A stretch of 64,000 bases of DNA from a virus: positions 5,323-69,322 of IMG/VR virus record IMGVR_UViG_3300029309_000014. One strand, written 5' to 3'. The position numbers and the translations under genes are program-made. Position 1 is the first letter of the stretch. Each line of letters starts with the position of its first letter. Below the pieces are notes generated by a model. The model ran no database searches and was not told the origin of the DNA. It was given only the letters and a program-made list of their open reading frames with translations. This document shows, piece by piece, positions 46,099 through 56,796 of the stretch.

Positions 46099-47576
46099 TA
46101 GCCCATCCTCTCAAACTTACGCATCATATTATACATACGTTGCGCTCCAGCTTTACGATCACCGCCCCCTGCCCCACGGACAGCTTTTGCATTCATAACA
46201 AATTCACCATCACTTAGCATAGCTGGTATAGAATCACTTGTTGATGTTCCAGGACCATTGATTGCACCACCTCTAGCCGCTGTCATCATTTGAGTCCTAA
46301 ATGTAGGGTCTTGATAATAAGGGTTTTCACCATAAAAATCATCACCAAAGAAACGATCTGGGTATTGTTGTTTATACTCCTCAAGTGTCAGACCTGTATA
46401 ATCATCTACCCCATCATCATCTTGATCGTTATAACCAGCTAATGCTGCCGCTCCTGCAACGCCAGCTCCAGCATATAATAGAGGGGCTGATTGTTTCAAA
46501 AATCCAGGAGCTCCTGCTGTAGCTGCTTCTGCTATTTGTTGGCTAGCTTTATTTGTAATTGCTTTTCTAGCTGCTTCATCAAGTGCTGTATCACCTAATG
46601 TACCAAGGGCTTTTGCAGCTTCACCTTTTGCTATTTGTGTTTGTAAAGCTGGATCTATACTTGCACGACTTGGGCTAAATATTGATTCTAATGTACCTTC
46701 ACCACTTACTGCTCCAGTGCTTGCATCAACAGTAGCAGGGGCAGGGTCATAAACATATTGTTCAAATAAATCTTTGCCTTTATCTAAAAGGCTTCTGTTT
46801 GGGTCTACAGTTTGCAAAGGATCTTTGAATGGAAGTTTTTCTCCTAGTTTACTCATCGCTACATCTTTAGAAGGTGCTGTTGCCTGAGCTGCTTTAGTTG
46901 CATCCGTACCTGATTGTCCTGCAGCAGCAGTAGGATCTACTGCTTTATCACCACCAAATAATTTAGCAAAAGATGCTCTTTGTTGTGCTGCTGCTTGTAA
47001 TGGGCTTCCAGCGGCAAATTGTATATTTTCCAAGAAACTACCTTGATTACCAGTAAAACCAGCACCTAGCGCACCAATACCACCTGATATAAGGGCTGAT
47101 TTAGCAGCATCTTTTAAACTACCACCCTGTAATAATGTAGTGATACCAGAGCCTAGCCCTGCACCATAGATAGGACCAAGAGCAAAGGATAAAGCAATAG
47201 GTAAAACAACAGGCGCGATCTTTTTAACAACTTTTTTAAGACCTCTTCCTATTTTCCTAAATATCTTTTTAAGGAAAAATTCTGGTTGACCAGTAACAGG
47301 GTTAATACTATTTAATTCATTACCTACAATATAACGTTCAGGCTCAATACCCATTTCTTCCATTTGGGTAAATAACATACTTTTGAGTTTAGGGTTTTCA
47401 TCTAACACTTCCATAGGAACCATTGTCTCACCCTCTGCAGCGTGGACAATATAAGTATCACCATTACGACCAAACTCCGCTAACATCTCTGCTGCGGACT
47501 TCATTGTTTGCAAACCACCTTCTGGAATGAGAGGTTGTTCGTGTACCTCGTATGGGAGTGTAGCTATACCTTGCAT
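46098..47576 (-). CDS. Internal virion protein
   Basis: GRNGDT..INPVTGQPEFF, Gly-rich TM-like segment, C-terminal GPGTSTSDSIPAMLSDGEFV. Confidence 0.65.
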   Translation of the reverse strand: MQGIATLPYEVHEQPLIPEGGLQTMKSAAEMLAEFGRNGDTYIVHAAEGETMVPMEVLDENPKLKSMLFTQMEEMGIEPERYIVGNELNSINPVTGQPEFFLKKIFRKIGRGLKKVVKKIAPVVLPIALSFALGPIYGAGLGSGITTLLQGGSLKDAAKSALISGGIGALGAGFTGNQGSFLENIQFAAGSPLQAAAQQRASFAKLFGGDKAVDPTAAAGQSGTDATKAAQATAPSKDVAMSKLGEKLPFKDPLQTVDPNRSLLDKGKDLFEQYVYDPAPATVDASTGAVSGEGTLESIFSPSRASIDPALQTQIAKGEAAKALGTLGDTALDEAARKAITNKASQQIAEAATAGAPGFLKQSAPLLYAGAGVAGAAALAGYNDQDDDGVDDYTGLTLEEYKQQYPDRFFGDDFYGENPYYQDPTFRTQMMTAARGGAINGPGTSTSDSIPAMLSDGEFVMNAKAVRGAGGGDRKAGAQRMYNMMRKFERMG

Positions 47577-47654
47577 CTTACTTTCCTTATAAAATGAGAT
47601 GCAGGGTAGCAATGCCTGATATTTGCTAACTGCATCATAAACATATTTTTTCTC

Positions 47655-47945
47655 CTATGCAACCGAGATAGTGACTGTTCCCACAGAACCTGTTGCAGAA
47701 ACAGAACCACTAAATGTCTCTGTTTTACCAATAACTTTCAGAAAACCACCATCTGCAATATAAATATCACCTTGTTGTAATAAATTATTGTTCCCATCTG
47801 TAGGCACTTCTTGAAAATTTAACTGTGGGTTTTGTGCTTGCCTTAAAAATATTTCTAAAGCTCTTACTAAATCAGCAAGATATTGAGCGTTTACTTCACT
47901 TGGAGGGGTAGGAAGACGCGGAAAAGGAGTTACATTAGTAGCCAT
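47655..47945 (-). CDS. Small tail-associated protein
   Basis: 96 aa, coupled to the tail protein. Confidence 0.6.
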   Translation of the reverse strand: MATNVTPFPRLPTPPSEVNAQYLADLVRALEIFLRQAQNPQLNFQEVPTDGNNNLLQQGDIYIADGGFLKVIGKTETFSGSVSATGSVGTVTISVA

Positions 47946-49831
47946 TAACGCCTCCCATCTTGCCTTATCTCGACCCGAGGACTACCTAACCGCCAACGAA
48001 CACCTTGAACAGAACAATCAACCTTAATAGAAAAAGCCCTACCACGAAGCCTAACATCAGCTTTATTAGTATATTGTTCAAAAGGCACTGTTGTAGAAGT
48101 GGCTGTTCTATCTATTTTAGAAATTTCAGATTGTAAAAAATTACCAGCGGGAAAATTATTAGATTGTAAAGTAACATTTACAGTAGGCTCTGCATTAGTA
48201 GAACCATTAAATGTAAAATCAGGTATCACCCTACGAACAAAAGAAAATTGGTCACCTTCACCTATATCAATAGGGCTAGATTCTATTGAAGATATCATGG
48301 CAGAACCATCATCATTATAACCTGTTTCATGGTTATATAAATAGCCACCCTCTGCTGCTATTGGAAAAGTCCTTATACCTCTGTCCAAAAAAGCAGTTCT
48401 ACTTAAAGTACCATAATACCAAGTTTGTTCTGCATAATTGTAAATCACATAACGGTCATTCTCACCTGTCCCCCCATTTGCAACAGAATTTGTATCGGAA
48501 CAATAATACCAAACTATCTCACTAAATTCAGAGATTACGCCAGCAAATACTTTATGTGCCTGATCATAATTAAAATCAAAAAATACACGTTCTTTTACAG
48601 AGCAGGGTAACTGTTGTGTTTTACCGTCGTAGATATAGAAATTTTGTCTACCCATCCAAAACACAGCATCTTCTACTGCTATAGCTGCATTTGGACCCAT
48701 AATAGTTGTATTTGATGCAAGAGGTTGAATACCAAAAGTAAACGGAGCACCAATAAACTGCATTGAATGCACTGAGCTATCTGTAAATATTATAATTTCA
48801 CGTTTAGTTTCAATAGCTTTTACAAACTCAGAACCAGAACCAATCCTTAAATCACCAGCCGTATTAGTAGCTTTCGGATTCCAATCAGTTAAAGATTCTT
48901 GATCTGAAAAACGTATGAGCAAAGGGTCTTGTGTTGAACTTCCAACAGGGTTAGTTCCAAAAGCAATTACATGGCGGTCAACATCTGAAACCATTATTTG
49001 TTTTGCTGTTATAGGTGTTTCTTCTGCTCCAGATACTGTCCCTATTTCTACCGCCCTTGTAGTGACTCCACTGCTTTTATCCCAGTAAAAAATTGAACCA
49101 TCTCTGGGATTTATTAATAAATCTTCCCCAAAGTTATCATGGCTCCACATTCGTAGAGAAGTAGTTACACCTATGGTGGCTCCGGAACCCCAAGTGCCTC
49201 TGCCCCAAGTTCCAGCACCCCAACCAGTGCCACCAACACCTGTATTCAAACCAGCATTGATTTGATATTCACCATCAACACCAGAGCCACCATTACCACT
49301 ATCACTAGCATTTGCTGTTACAGTAGCTCCTGTTGTATCTTTAGCCGTAAAAGTATAGGTGTTTCCACTGGGAACCGAGTCTATCTGATACTCTTGGTTA
49401 AGAACCGCAGCGGTGATATTACCACCTAAACTAACTGCGCCAGATATGGTCACAAAATCACCCTGCACTGCGCCATGTGTGGAGTCCGTAGCTGTAATTG
49501 TAGAAGAACCATTTGTCGCGGCAAACGTGATGCCATTAGTGGTTGTAGCTCTTATAGGGGTAACATCATAAAATGCTTGGCCTTGCTCTATATAATATTT
49601 TAAATGCGTTCCCACACCTAGAAAATCAGACCCATCAAGCGCAACCCAATTAAACAACGCCCTAGCTGTGCCGAGATACGTGTTTGAAGAATACTTTTCC
49701 CAACCACCAATTACTTCAGGAAACCCTTGCCTAAAACGTACTTTATCACAATCAACCCAACCACCCTCATTAGAGTAAGATGTTATATCGCGGTTGATTC
49801 CGGGTCTAAATTGTAACTTGGTTAAAGGCAC
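47945..49831 (-). CDS. Tail tubular/stabilisation (nozzle-like beta-propeller) protein
   Basis: 628 aa; RMWSHDNFGEDLL, LIRFSDQE, C-terminal RLRGR..WRLG..RQDGRR. Confidence 0.7.
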   Translation of the reverse strand: MPLTKLQFRPGINRDITSYSNEGGWVDCDKVRFRQGFPEVIGGWEKYSSNTYLGTARALFNWVALDGSDFLGVGTHLKYYIEQGQAFYDVTPIRATTTNGITFAATNGSSTITATDSTHGAVQGDFVTISGAVSLGGNITAAVLNQEYQIDSVPSGNTYTFTAKDTTGATVTANASDSGNGGSGVDGEYQINAGLNTGVGGTGWGAGTWGRGTWGSGATIGVTTSLRMWSHDNFGEDLLINPRDGSIFYWDKSSGVTTRAVEIGTVSGAEETPITAKQIMVSDVDRHVIAFGTNPVGSSTQDPLLIRFSDQESLTDWNPKATNTAGDLRIGSGSEFVKAIETKREIIIFTDSSVHSMQFIGAPFTFGIQPLASNTTIMGPNAAIAVEDAVFWMGRQNFYIYDGKTQQLPCSVKERVFFDFNYDQAHKVFAGVISEFSEIVWYYCSDTNSVANGGTGENDRYVIYNYAEQTWYYGTLSRTAFLDRGIRTFPIAAEGGYLYNHETGYNDDGSAMISSIESSPIDIGEGDQFSFVRRVIPDFTFNGSTNAEPTVNVTLQSNNFPAGNFLQSEISKIDRTATSTTVPFEQYTNKADVRLRGRAFSIKVDCSVQGVRWRLGSPRVEIRQDGRR

Positions 49832-49842
49832 AGATAGCTCCT

Positions 49843-50406
49843 TTATATAGCATCAGGCCAGTCATTGATTGGTGCGTTGCCCGTTGGCTTGCCATCACTA
49901 TCAACAGGTGTATCGTAGAGTGCCATAAAAGCGGCAAGGTCAGCGGCATTAGTGATAGCTGTTTCAATGTTATTGCTGGCTGTACGAACAGCAGCCCTAT
50001 AAGTTGTAACACTTGACGGCACAGAGTAAGACTCAACTTCTGTTGCTTTGATAACTTGCCAATCGTGTGGAGCGAGTAAACTTGCTGCTTGAGCTTTTGC
50101 TGTTTCAATAGCTAAAGTCTTTAGTCCTTTAGTCACAAGCTGGTTGCCATCAATGTCGAGGATTGCTTTGCCATCTTCATTTACTTCGTTGACATCTGTC
50201 AGTGATCGAGGGATTAGCTCGCCATCAGCATCACGCCCCCAATAAAATCTGTTATCGTGAGCCGCAACCTCCTCTTCCCACGTTAAGCCAATCGCAGCTT
50301 TCTCATCTGCACTTAGGTTGTTCCACACGGCAGGATATTGTGTGCCGTTGTTATCGACCCACGCCTTACCAACTCTGATTATTCTTCCGCTATATTTCCA
50401 CGGCAT
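49843..50406 (-). CDS. Tail fibre assembly/chaperone-like protein
   Basis: LLAPHDWQVIK..YRAAVR..WP motif; follows the fibre gene. Confidence 0.65.
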   Translation of the reverse strand: MPWKYSGRIIRVGKAWVDNNGTQYPAVWNNLSADEKAAIGLTWEEEVAAHDNRFYWGRDADGELIPRSLTDVNEVNEDGKAILDIDGNQLVTKGLKTLAIETAKAQAASLLAPHDWQVIKATEVESYSVPSSVTTYRAAVRTASNNIETAITNAADLAAFMALYDTPVDSDGKPTGNAPINDWPDAI

Positions 50407-50415
50407 TGTTATCTC

Positions 50416-53400
50416 CTATCCCGAATTACTAAATTTAAATGGCTGGTCAGCAAAGGCGAGATATATATAGGTGTTTGCACTGCCATTTGACGTTCCATAA
50501 GTATTTCTAACTTTAAATCCGTTTGATAATATATCTAAATCGTTACTATTTGATTCTGCTGCGGTGGTGTTAGCATCTACTGTTTTTTCTGCTGGATTAT
50601 AACCGGGACGTTTATTATCGTGAATTTCCCAACCACCTGTTGTTCCGTAGTTTTTTACCATAATCCAAGCTGGCCTGAATCCTGTGTAGACAAACGACCC
50701 ATCTGCATTTCCGTTTCCAACGTAGCTGCCAACCTTGCAGTAGCCTTCGACTGAGTGAAATGCGTAACAGATGTAGTTATCTCCACTTTCATTAATATGA
50801 ATGTTGTTGCCAATACTAAATACTGTGCTTGTAGGGGCTGTGTCGTTCCAAGTTGCAGAAGCCGCTGTCCCACTATCTTGAGCAAGTGTGTAATTCAACC
50901 AAATACGCTTTGTTGCCCCCAGCGCAGAGTGATAAACCATCCAATCTCTTGCAGTGTCTTTGTTTTTGACAATTAACATTTCTGGAGCAGCACTTAATCC
51001 ATGCTTTATTGTCCCTGCTGAACCTGTCCCAGTATAAGAGACTATACTAAATCCAGCCGTTGTGTTTACCTGACCAGTGCTATCAATCGTGCCAACGCCT
51101 GTTGCTGAAGCATCGTTGCTAAACGCTGTGCCAGCAAGCCAATTCCAAGCTACATAGGTTGCTGAATTAGTATTCATGGAATAATCATTTGCATAGTAAG
51201 GAACATCAATAGTGCCATTTGCATTAGAATTAAAAGGACCAACCCCATACTCAGCAATAGTTTGATTTGAGTTTAGTGCTTTGTCCCCTCTCACAGAATC
51301 GACAAGGCTGTGATGTCCTGACCCACTGCTTCTGCTTTTTATCCATGTAAAATCGGGGTCAAACCCAACAGTTACATTTTGAGTGGTACTTCCATCGCCA
51401 GTATAAAGGACCGTATTAAAATTATCAGTGCCATCAATGATATCTACGTCGGGCAAGTTCTGAGAACACAAGGCAAGAAACCCACTTGGCGGTGCGTAGG
51501 CAAAGCTGCCGTGACCGTTTCCATCTGCGTTACTGTTGGCTGTGGCGTGAAGACCAGCAAAGCTGCTGTCTTGACCAAAATTAAAATGAACAAGATTATC
51601 TGAGCCACTAAGATATGCGCCAAAAGCAAAAAACTTACCAACACCAACAAAACTAGAAATGTCTCGTTGTGTTTGTGAAGCATTATTAATAAAAAACTCA
51701 ACTGTTCCACTGTCAAAATCGGCAGCAATTCCAATTATGTCACCATCCGAAACACTATCAACAGCAGACACGCTTGTTCCATTGTAGTCTTTTGAGCCAT
51801 TTTCGAGGATTAAAGCATATCCTGCACTTGTAGATGAATTTGTAAAATGACTAAAACCTACCCACCCAAATCCAGCAATGCTTTTGACCTCTACATACCA
51901 TTTCCCAGAATCAACAAAGATAGTGGAAGCTGCAAAAAGTGCGCCTGATGTACTGCTATAATCTGCTCTAAGGTTTCCTTCCGAAAGAGTGGGTGAAAAA
52001 TAATTTGTCCCCCCACTTTGAAAAGTGTACAGAGGATTTAAAGTTACAAAGTTATTCGTGGGTACGTCAGGGACGGAATCCCTATAGTCTAGATTCACAG
52101 GTGTGAAGTGATTGCCGTTGCTTGAAACATCTTTGAAGAAGGCTGCTTCTCTTGTGTCGGCAAAGGCCATGTAGATGTATGTCGCGCTTGATGTGTTTAC
52201 GTCTGAGCCGGTATGTTTAATCTGAAAGCCTGTTGCTGTTACTTCAATGTCGTAAGAACCACCAGCATCTTCGGCATTGCTTAAATTAGCATAAAGTCTA
52301 TCGTCATTAGGATTAGAAGGATGTCTGGTAGTATCCCATATGTTCCAGTGACCAATAGTACCAACACTGCTTTTTATCATAATCCAAGCTGGAGCAAAGC
52401 CAGTCGTGACTGTTGGACCTGTTGCAGACCCATTTCCCGTGTATGAACCAAATTTTGAGTAGCCAGAAACTTCTGCCCAACAATAAAGTACCATACTGTC
52501 TCTGTTCACATATTCGTAAGTCCCAATATTAACAACTGTGCTAGAAGGGCTGTCTGTCCAAATAATACTACTAGATGTATTAGCGGCAGTACTATCTAAT
52601 CTCAGATAAGAGCCGCCTCCGCTGTTTACACTGTCATGGTAAACAGGCCATTCGGTTGATGAATCTCTGTTTTTTGCAATGACCCATTTTGGCGCAGATG
52701 ATAAGCCATGCGCAACTGAGCCAGCCGTTGATGTACCCTCAAAAGTTACAATAGAAAAACCTCTAGCAGTGTTTGCAGATATTCTTGTTGCAGCTATTGA
52801 ACCAGCTAATGCTGAACCAAGATTACTGCCATCTATCTTAACTGACCCTGATGTTGGGGTAGCCCCTGCGCCAGCAGAGTTGTCGGCTGTTGGTGCGCCG
52901 CCAGCTTCCCAGCACCATGCAACCATTGAACTACCATTATTGTTGTAAGTTCCATCTTCAAATTGTCCGACAGAAAATCCATCTGCATCAAAACTAATCA
53001 AATCTTTGTCGGTTGCGGCAGCGGCAGATACTTCTGCATTTGTGGCATTTGATATAAGGTTTCGGCCTCGTCCCCGAACAACATCTGACCAAGCATGAGA
53101 ATTTCCGTTATCACGGTCTTTCACCCAAACTAAGCCCGGAGAAAATCCCAAACCGCTTATGCTTTGAGTCGTTGAATTTCCTTCAAAAATAGCTGTATTG
53201 AACCCCTCAGAAATAACATCATCTTTGAAAGTCAGGTGAAAACCATTGGTTCCGAATGTTAAGCCGCTGGTATCTTTTGGTATCCAGATGCCGTTTTTAG
53301 TCTCGCCGAAGCTGGCAGCAGTTAGGGCGGCTCCGTCAATCGCGTTTACTTCTGCTATATAACCATCAAGAAGGGATACAGCGGAATAACTTGATCCCCC

Positions 53401-53892
53401 TATTGCATGAGCAACCGTGTTATTCATATGCGTATCTAAATTTTGTGTTGGGGTTGTTGTGCTTGTGTAAGCGTATGATGTTCCATTGACAGAAAGTACA
53501 ATTCTATTTCCAGCAGTGCCATCGGTAGTATCGACTGTAACAACTACATTATACCATGCTGAAGGATCTCTAAATTTAGCGGTAGTATAAACATAAATTT
53601 GATCACTATTAGATGTGTTTTGGTAAACAGCTAATCTGTCACTGCTATCAATCCAAATCTGAAATCGGTTTTGAGCATCAGCACCAGCCGAATAAAGTAC
53701 ATGATCACCGCTTGATGTAAGGCTACGTTTAACCCAACAACTAAACGTAAATGTCCTACGATTACCGGCAGACGCAGGGGTTCTTGTTAATCGCTGACTC
53801 AACCCATCATCAAACTTCAACGACTGGTCAAGCAGTAGCTTGTAAAAGCCTGTGCTTACTTCGCCTGAACCCGCTGCTTGAATTATACTCAT
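50416..53892 (-). CDS. Tail fibre/receptor-binding protein with ConA/LamG-like, SPRY-like and duplicated beta domains
   Basis: TFSCWVKR..AWYNVVV (LamG), SGKWYVEV (SPRY), two VAWCW/VAWNW..GFSIV..GSY.GNG..YIY(M/L)AFAD modules. Confidence 0.75.
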   Translation of the reverse strand: MSIIQAAGSGEVSTGFYKLLLDQSLKFDDGLSQRLTRTPASAGNRRTFTFSCWVKRSLTSSGDHVLYSAGADAQNRFQIWIDSSDRLAVYQNTSNSDQIYVYTTAKFRDPSAWYNVVVTVDTTDGTAGNRIVLSVNGTSYAYTSTTTPTQNLDTHMNNTVAHAIGGSSYSAVSLLDGYIAEVNAIDGAALTAASFGETKNGIWIPKDTSGLTFGTNGFHLTFKDDVISEGFNTAIFEGNSTTQSISGLGFSPGLVWVKDRDNGNSHAWSDVVRGRGRNLISNATNAEVSAAAATDKDLISFDADGFSVGQFEDGTYNNNGSSMVAWCWEAGGAPTADNSAGAGATPTSGSVKIDGSNLGSALAGSIAATRISANTARGFSIVTFEGTSTAGSVAHGLSSAPKWVIAKNRDSSTEWPVYHDSVNSGGGSYLRLDSTAANTSSSIIWTDSPSSTVVNIGTYEYVNRDSMVLYCWAEVSGYSKFGSYTGNGSATGPTVTTGFAPAWIMIKSSVGTIGHWNIWDTTRHPSNPNDDRLYANLSNAEDAGGSYDIEVTATGFQIKHTGSDVNTSSATYIYMAFADTREAAFFKDVSSNGNHFTPVNLDYRDSVPDVPTNNFVTLNPLYTFQSGGTNYFSPTLSEGNLRADYSSTSGALFAASTIFVDSGKWYVEVKSIAGFGWVGFSHFTNSSTSAGYALILENGSKDYNGTSVSAVDSVSDGDIIGIAADFDSGTVEFFINNASQTQRDISSFVGVGKFFAFGAYLSGSDNLVHFNFGQDSSFAGLHATANSNADGNGHGSFAYAPPSGFLALCSQNLPDVDIIDGTDNFNTVLYTGDGSTTQNVTVGFDPDFTWIKSRSSGSGHHSLVDSVRGDKALNSNQTIAEYGVGPFNSNANGTIDVPYYANDYSMNTNSATYVAWNWLAGTAFSNDASATGVGTIDSTGQVNTTAGFSIVSYTGTGSAGTIKHGLSAAPEMLIVKNKDTARDWMVYHSALGATKRIWLNYTLAQDSGTAASATWNDTAPTSTVFSIGNNIHINESGDNYICYAFHSVEGYCKVGSYVGNGNADGSFVYTGFRPAWIMVKNYGTTGGWEIHDNKRPGYNPAEKTVDANTTAAESNSNDLDILSNGFKVRNTYGTSNGSANTYIYLAFADQPFKFSNSG

Positions 53893-53901
53893 GATTTAGT
53901 C

Positions 53902-54894
53902 CTAAGTTAAGATAGCTGTAGCACCTACAAGAATTGTGTTATTGCCACTGGCCGCAGTTACATAATATGTCACAAAGTAAGTGCCTGTTGCACTCAGCGC
54001 AGTTAATATGTCTGCATTAATAGCTACATCTGCGTGTGCGCTAACTGTATGATTACCGCCATTTACAAATTTAATAGAGCCTGATTGACCCGCAGCTTTA
54101 TTTGTAAAAGTCATCGTTACAGTTCCGGCTGTAGTAGTAGTAAAATTATTTGCCGTTGCTAAATCATAAGTCGCATCATTTTCAGCCGTTATTGTGCTGC
54201 CGATTGCCCTGCCAACTACCGTAACATCATCATTTACAGTTAAAATTGTTGTGCCTGTTGCAATGGAAGCCACAGTAGCATCCGCGTCATTTTTAATAGT
54301 AACATCTGATGTAGAGCCTTGGCCCGTTAGGATCAGGCCCTCTGCCGCAGTAAAACCAATCGCGGCATCATCTCCGGCAGCAGTATCTCCTGCGGCTTGT
54401 AATGTCCCTGCCGCAACAATATCGGCAGCAGCATTGAATGTGCCAGCTATAGATAAATCAGTAAGGGCATCAACTACGGCCGCACCACTTCCCGCACCGT
54501 CCAAATAAACCATAGATACCTGACCATTTGGTATAGTTACATTGGCTCCAGACCCTTGACTAATTATAATACTATAAGGACCAGAACTACCACTGTCTGT
54601 AGTGGCGTTCTCAATTATATGAACTCTGCTTATAGTGTTTGGGGCTATTGTAATTGTGCAGTTAGAGTCCAAAGCACCTGTGTATTTTACATACATATTG
54701 CGAACAGGATCTGCTGCCCCATCAGCTATAGTGCTTGTGTGCGTATCAGCATTTGTTGTTATAGCTTCTGTGCCAAAACCAAATGCTTCAGCTATAAGTT
54801 CAAGGTTTGTATTTGTTGTTGTTCCCCAAGTACCAGAACCATCGCCAGTACCTAGCTCATTAAGTCTTAAATCATTTACATAGGTGCTTGCCAT
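53902..54894 (-). CDS. Tail/fibre base structural protein
   Basis: MASTY..GTWGTTTNTNLELI; T/A/G-rich. Confidence 0.65.
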   Translation of the reverse strand: MASTYVNDLRLNELGTGDGSGTWGTTTNTNLELIAEAFGFGTEAITTNADTHTSTIADGAADPVRNMYVKYTGALDSNCTITIAPNTISRVHIIENATTDSGSSGPYSIIISQGSGANVTIPNGQVSMVYLDGAGSGAAVVDALTDLSIAGTFNAAADIVAAGTLQAAGDTAAGDDAAIGFTAAEGLILTGQGSTSDVTIKNDADATVASIATGTTILTVNDDVTVVGRAIGSTITAENDATYDLATANNFTTTTAGTVTMTFTNKAAGQSGSIKFVNGGNHTVSAHADVAINADILTALSATGTYFVTYYVTAASGNNTILVGATAILT

Positions 54895-54904
54895 TTTTCT
54901 GTCC

Positions 54905-55375
54905 TTACGCTGCTATATCCGTCCAATTAGGTGTTTGTGAAACTGTAACTCCTGTCCAACTTGGTGTTTGTGATGGAATTATTGGTCTATAAAGTATTTC
55001 TTCCCCTACCGCGCCTGTCGCTGAAACCCCCGTTAAAAAGAAGCCTATTGAAGCTATAGGTGCTACTGTCCCTGTTCCTAATGTAGCAGTTGATGAAGCT
55101 CCTGTAACTGCGAAAGTTGCTGCCCCTGTTTCGGTAGTGTTTCCTAACGCACTTGTTCCGGCAGACCCAGTAACCGCAAAAGCTGCTGCACCTAGTACGC
55201 TAACAGATCCTACCGCCCCTGTTCCAGCAACTCCTGTTACAGAGACTTCCAAAACATTTTGTACAGTAGGAGACCCTAATGCGGTAGTTCCAGCAACCCC
55301 TGTTACAGCAAGTGGAACACTTTGGTTCCACGCACCTTCACCCCAAGTTCCTCTACCCCATCCTGTTAACGACAT
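54905..55375 (-). CDS. Structural protein with VTGVAGT-type repeats
   Basis: GWGRGTWGEGAW N-terminus plus repeats. Confidence 0.6.
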   Translation of the reverse strand: MSLTGWGRGTWGEGAWNQSVPLAVTGVAGTTALGSPTVQNVLEVSVTGVAGTGAVGSVSVLGAAAFAVTGSAGTSALGNTTETGAATFAVTGASSTATLGTGTVAPIASIGFFLTGVSATGAVGEEILYRPIIPSQTPSWTGVTVSQTPNWTDIAA

Positions 55376-55386
55376 AGGTTACCTCA

Positions 55387-55839
55387 TTAGGCTATCCGAA
55401 TAATTGCGTTACTTGCATCTGCTGTTGGGAACTGAATGGTAAATGTCCCAGAAGTAGAGGTTTTATTTGAACTAAAATCCAAAACCGCAACAGCTTTATC
55501 ACTATTTGTATCGTTGTAAATTAACGCGCCCATTGCTGTAATTGTAGCTGTTGTGAAACTAAGATCTGCAAAATCAGTCAAAGCTGTCGTACCAGAAGTG
55601 GTCGGAGCAACTTTAGTAAGAGTACCACCACCCGCCGTGTAAGAGCCGCTGTTGGCTACCTCACCCGTGGTTGTGTAAGCTGTCGTTGCTGCACCAAGAG
55701 TAGCTGTAGTGCTAGACTTACCGCCACCACCCTCTGCGTAAAGAGCCAGCTTAAAAGCATTACCGTTTGTTGCGAAATTGTGCGTACCCAACATCAATTC
55801 TTGTTTGAATGCGGTACACATTGCTTGTGCTATTGCCAT
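55387..55839 (-). CDS. Conserved virion structural protein
   Basis: FKLALY..YTAGG..GALIYN..FTIQFP. Confidence 0.7.
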   Translation of the reverse strand: MAIAQAMCTAFKQELMLGTHNFATNGNAFKLALYAEGGGGKSSTTATLGAATTAYTTTGEVANSGSYTAGGGTLTKVAPTTSGTTALTDFADLSFTTATITAMGALIYNDTNSDKAVAVLDFSSNKTSTSGTFTIQFPTADASNAIIRIA

Positions 55840-56141
55840 TACAGTCTCCCTATAGCGTCAGCTAGTTGATGTTGACCCGCCTCACGGACCTTGGCGCAAA
55901 TACTAGCACGTTCTTCCTTCCTAGCCAACTCTATATAGTATTGTGCTAAATTTCGGACTCGATCCTTAAAAGCCTCCGCTTGTAAGCGGATGGGTTCTGG
56001 AGCATCGTCAGAAATATAAATAAGTTTGTTAGCCAGCATCTCTGCTATTTGATCATTAGATAAACCACCGTTTTCGGAAGTCATTATATTAACGGCTCCC
56101 ACACTTCCTGAACCTAAATCAAACATTGTCATGTCTCCCAA
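55839..56141 (-). CDS. Conserved hypothetical protein
   Basis: ~95-100 aa; APEPIRLQAEAFK. Confidence 0.6.
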   Translation of the reverse strand: MGDMTMFDLGSGSVGAVNIMTSENGGLSNDQIAEMLANKLIYISDDAPEPIRLQAEAFKDRVRNLAQYYIELARKEERASICAKVREAGQHQLADAIGRL

Positions 56142-56796
56142 AAATTATAGGGTCGGACTCTACTGGCTCTGGAGGTTGAATCATGGACTGTTTTGTTATC
56201 AACAGACTACCATTCTCAACCGTTTGAACTAAAGGATCCTCTAATCTATGATACCCATATAACTTTTCATTTTCTGGCACATTGGTATCCATTAAGCCCG
56301 ATCGATGCGCTATCTCTATCTTTATGCCTTTGGAAATAGCTGTAGCGCACCAAAACTCTACACAAGCTCTTCCAGACTCAGCCATGTTTACGTTTTTGTA
56401 AGTAAAATCTATGCCAAATAGGCATATTTTTTTTACTTTTTTCCAAATGGCGTAAGCTATAGCGTAAGCTACCGTGTTATTAAAATAACATAGCCCAGTT
56501 GCTTTAGCTATTTTTTCTAATGGATACAACTCTATAGCCGGGAAATCTGGATGTTCTATACAAGAATATATGGGGGCCGTATTTTTAGCTAAAAACTCAC
56601 GAGCTATGCCTGTTTGAGAACCGGCATTTTCTGTGTCTATAAACCTAGATACAGGATCCATCATGAAAGTCCTATCGACGTGTATGATGCCACCAATACA
56701 ATTTATACCCCAAGTTTCATCAAATTCTTGAGAGGCAACTCTGGCAGAAATATAGTCAGCGTAGCTGCCCCCTAGTCCAACAATAGCAATTTTCAC
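56119..56796 (-). CDS. Rossmann-like transferase (sialyltransferase/MptE-like fold)
   Basis: KIAIVGLGGS..TWGIN..NTVAYAIAYA..ICLFGIDF. Confidence 0.55.
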   Translation of the reverse strand: MKIAIVGLGGSYADYISARVASQEFDETWGINCIGGIIHVDRTFMMDPVSRFIDTENAGSQTGIAREFLAKNTAPIYSCIEHPDFPAIELYPLEKIAKATGLCYFNNTVAYAIAYAIWKKVKKICLFGIDFTYKNVNMAESGRACVEFWCATAISKGIKIEIAHRSGLMDTNVPENEKLYGYHRLEDPLVQTVENGSLLITKQSMIQPPEPVESDPIIFGRHDNV

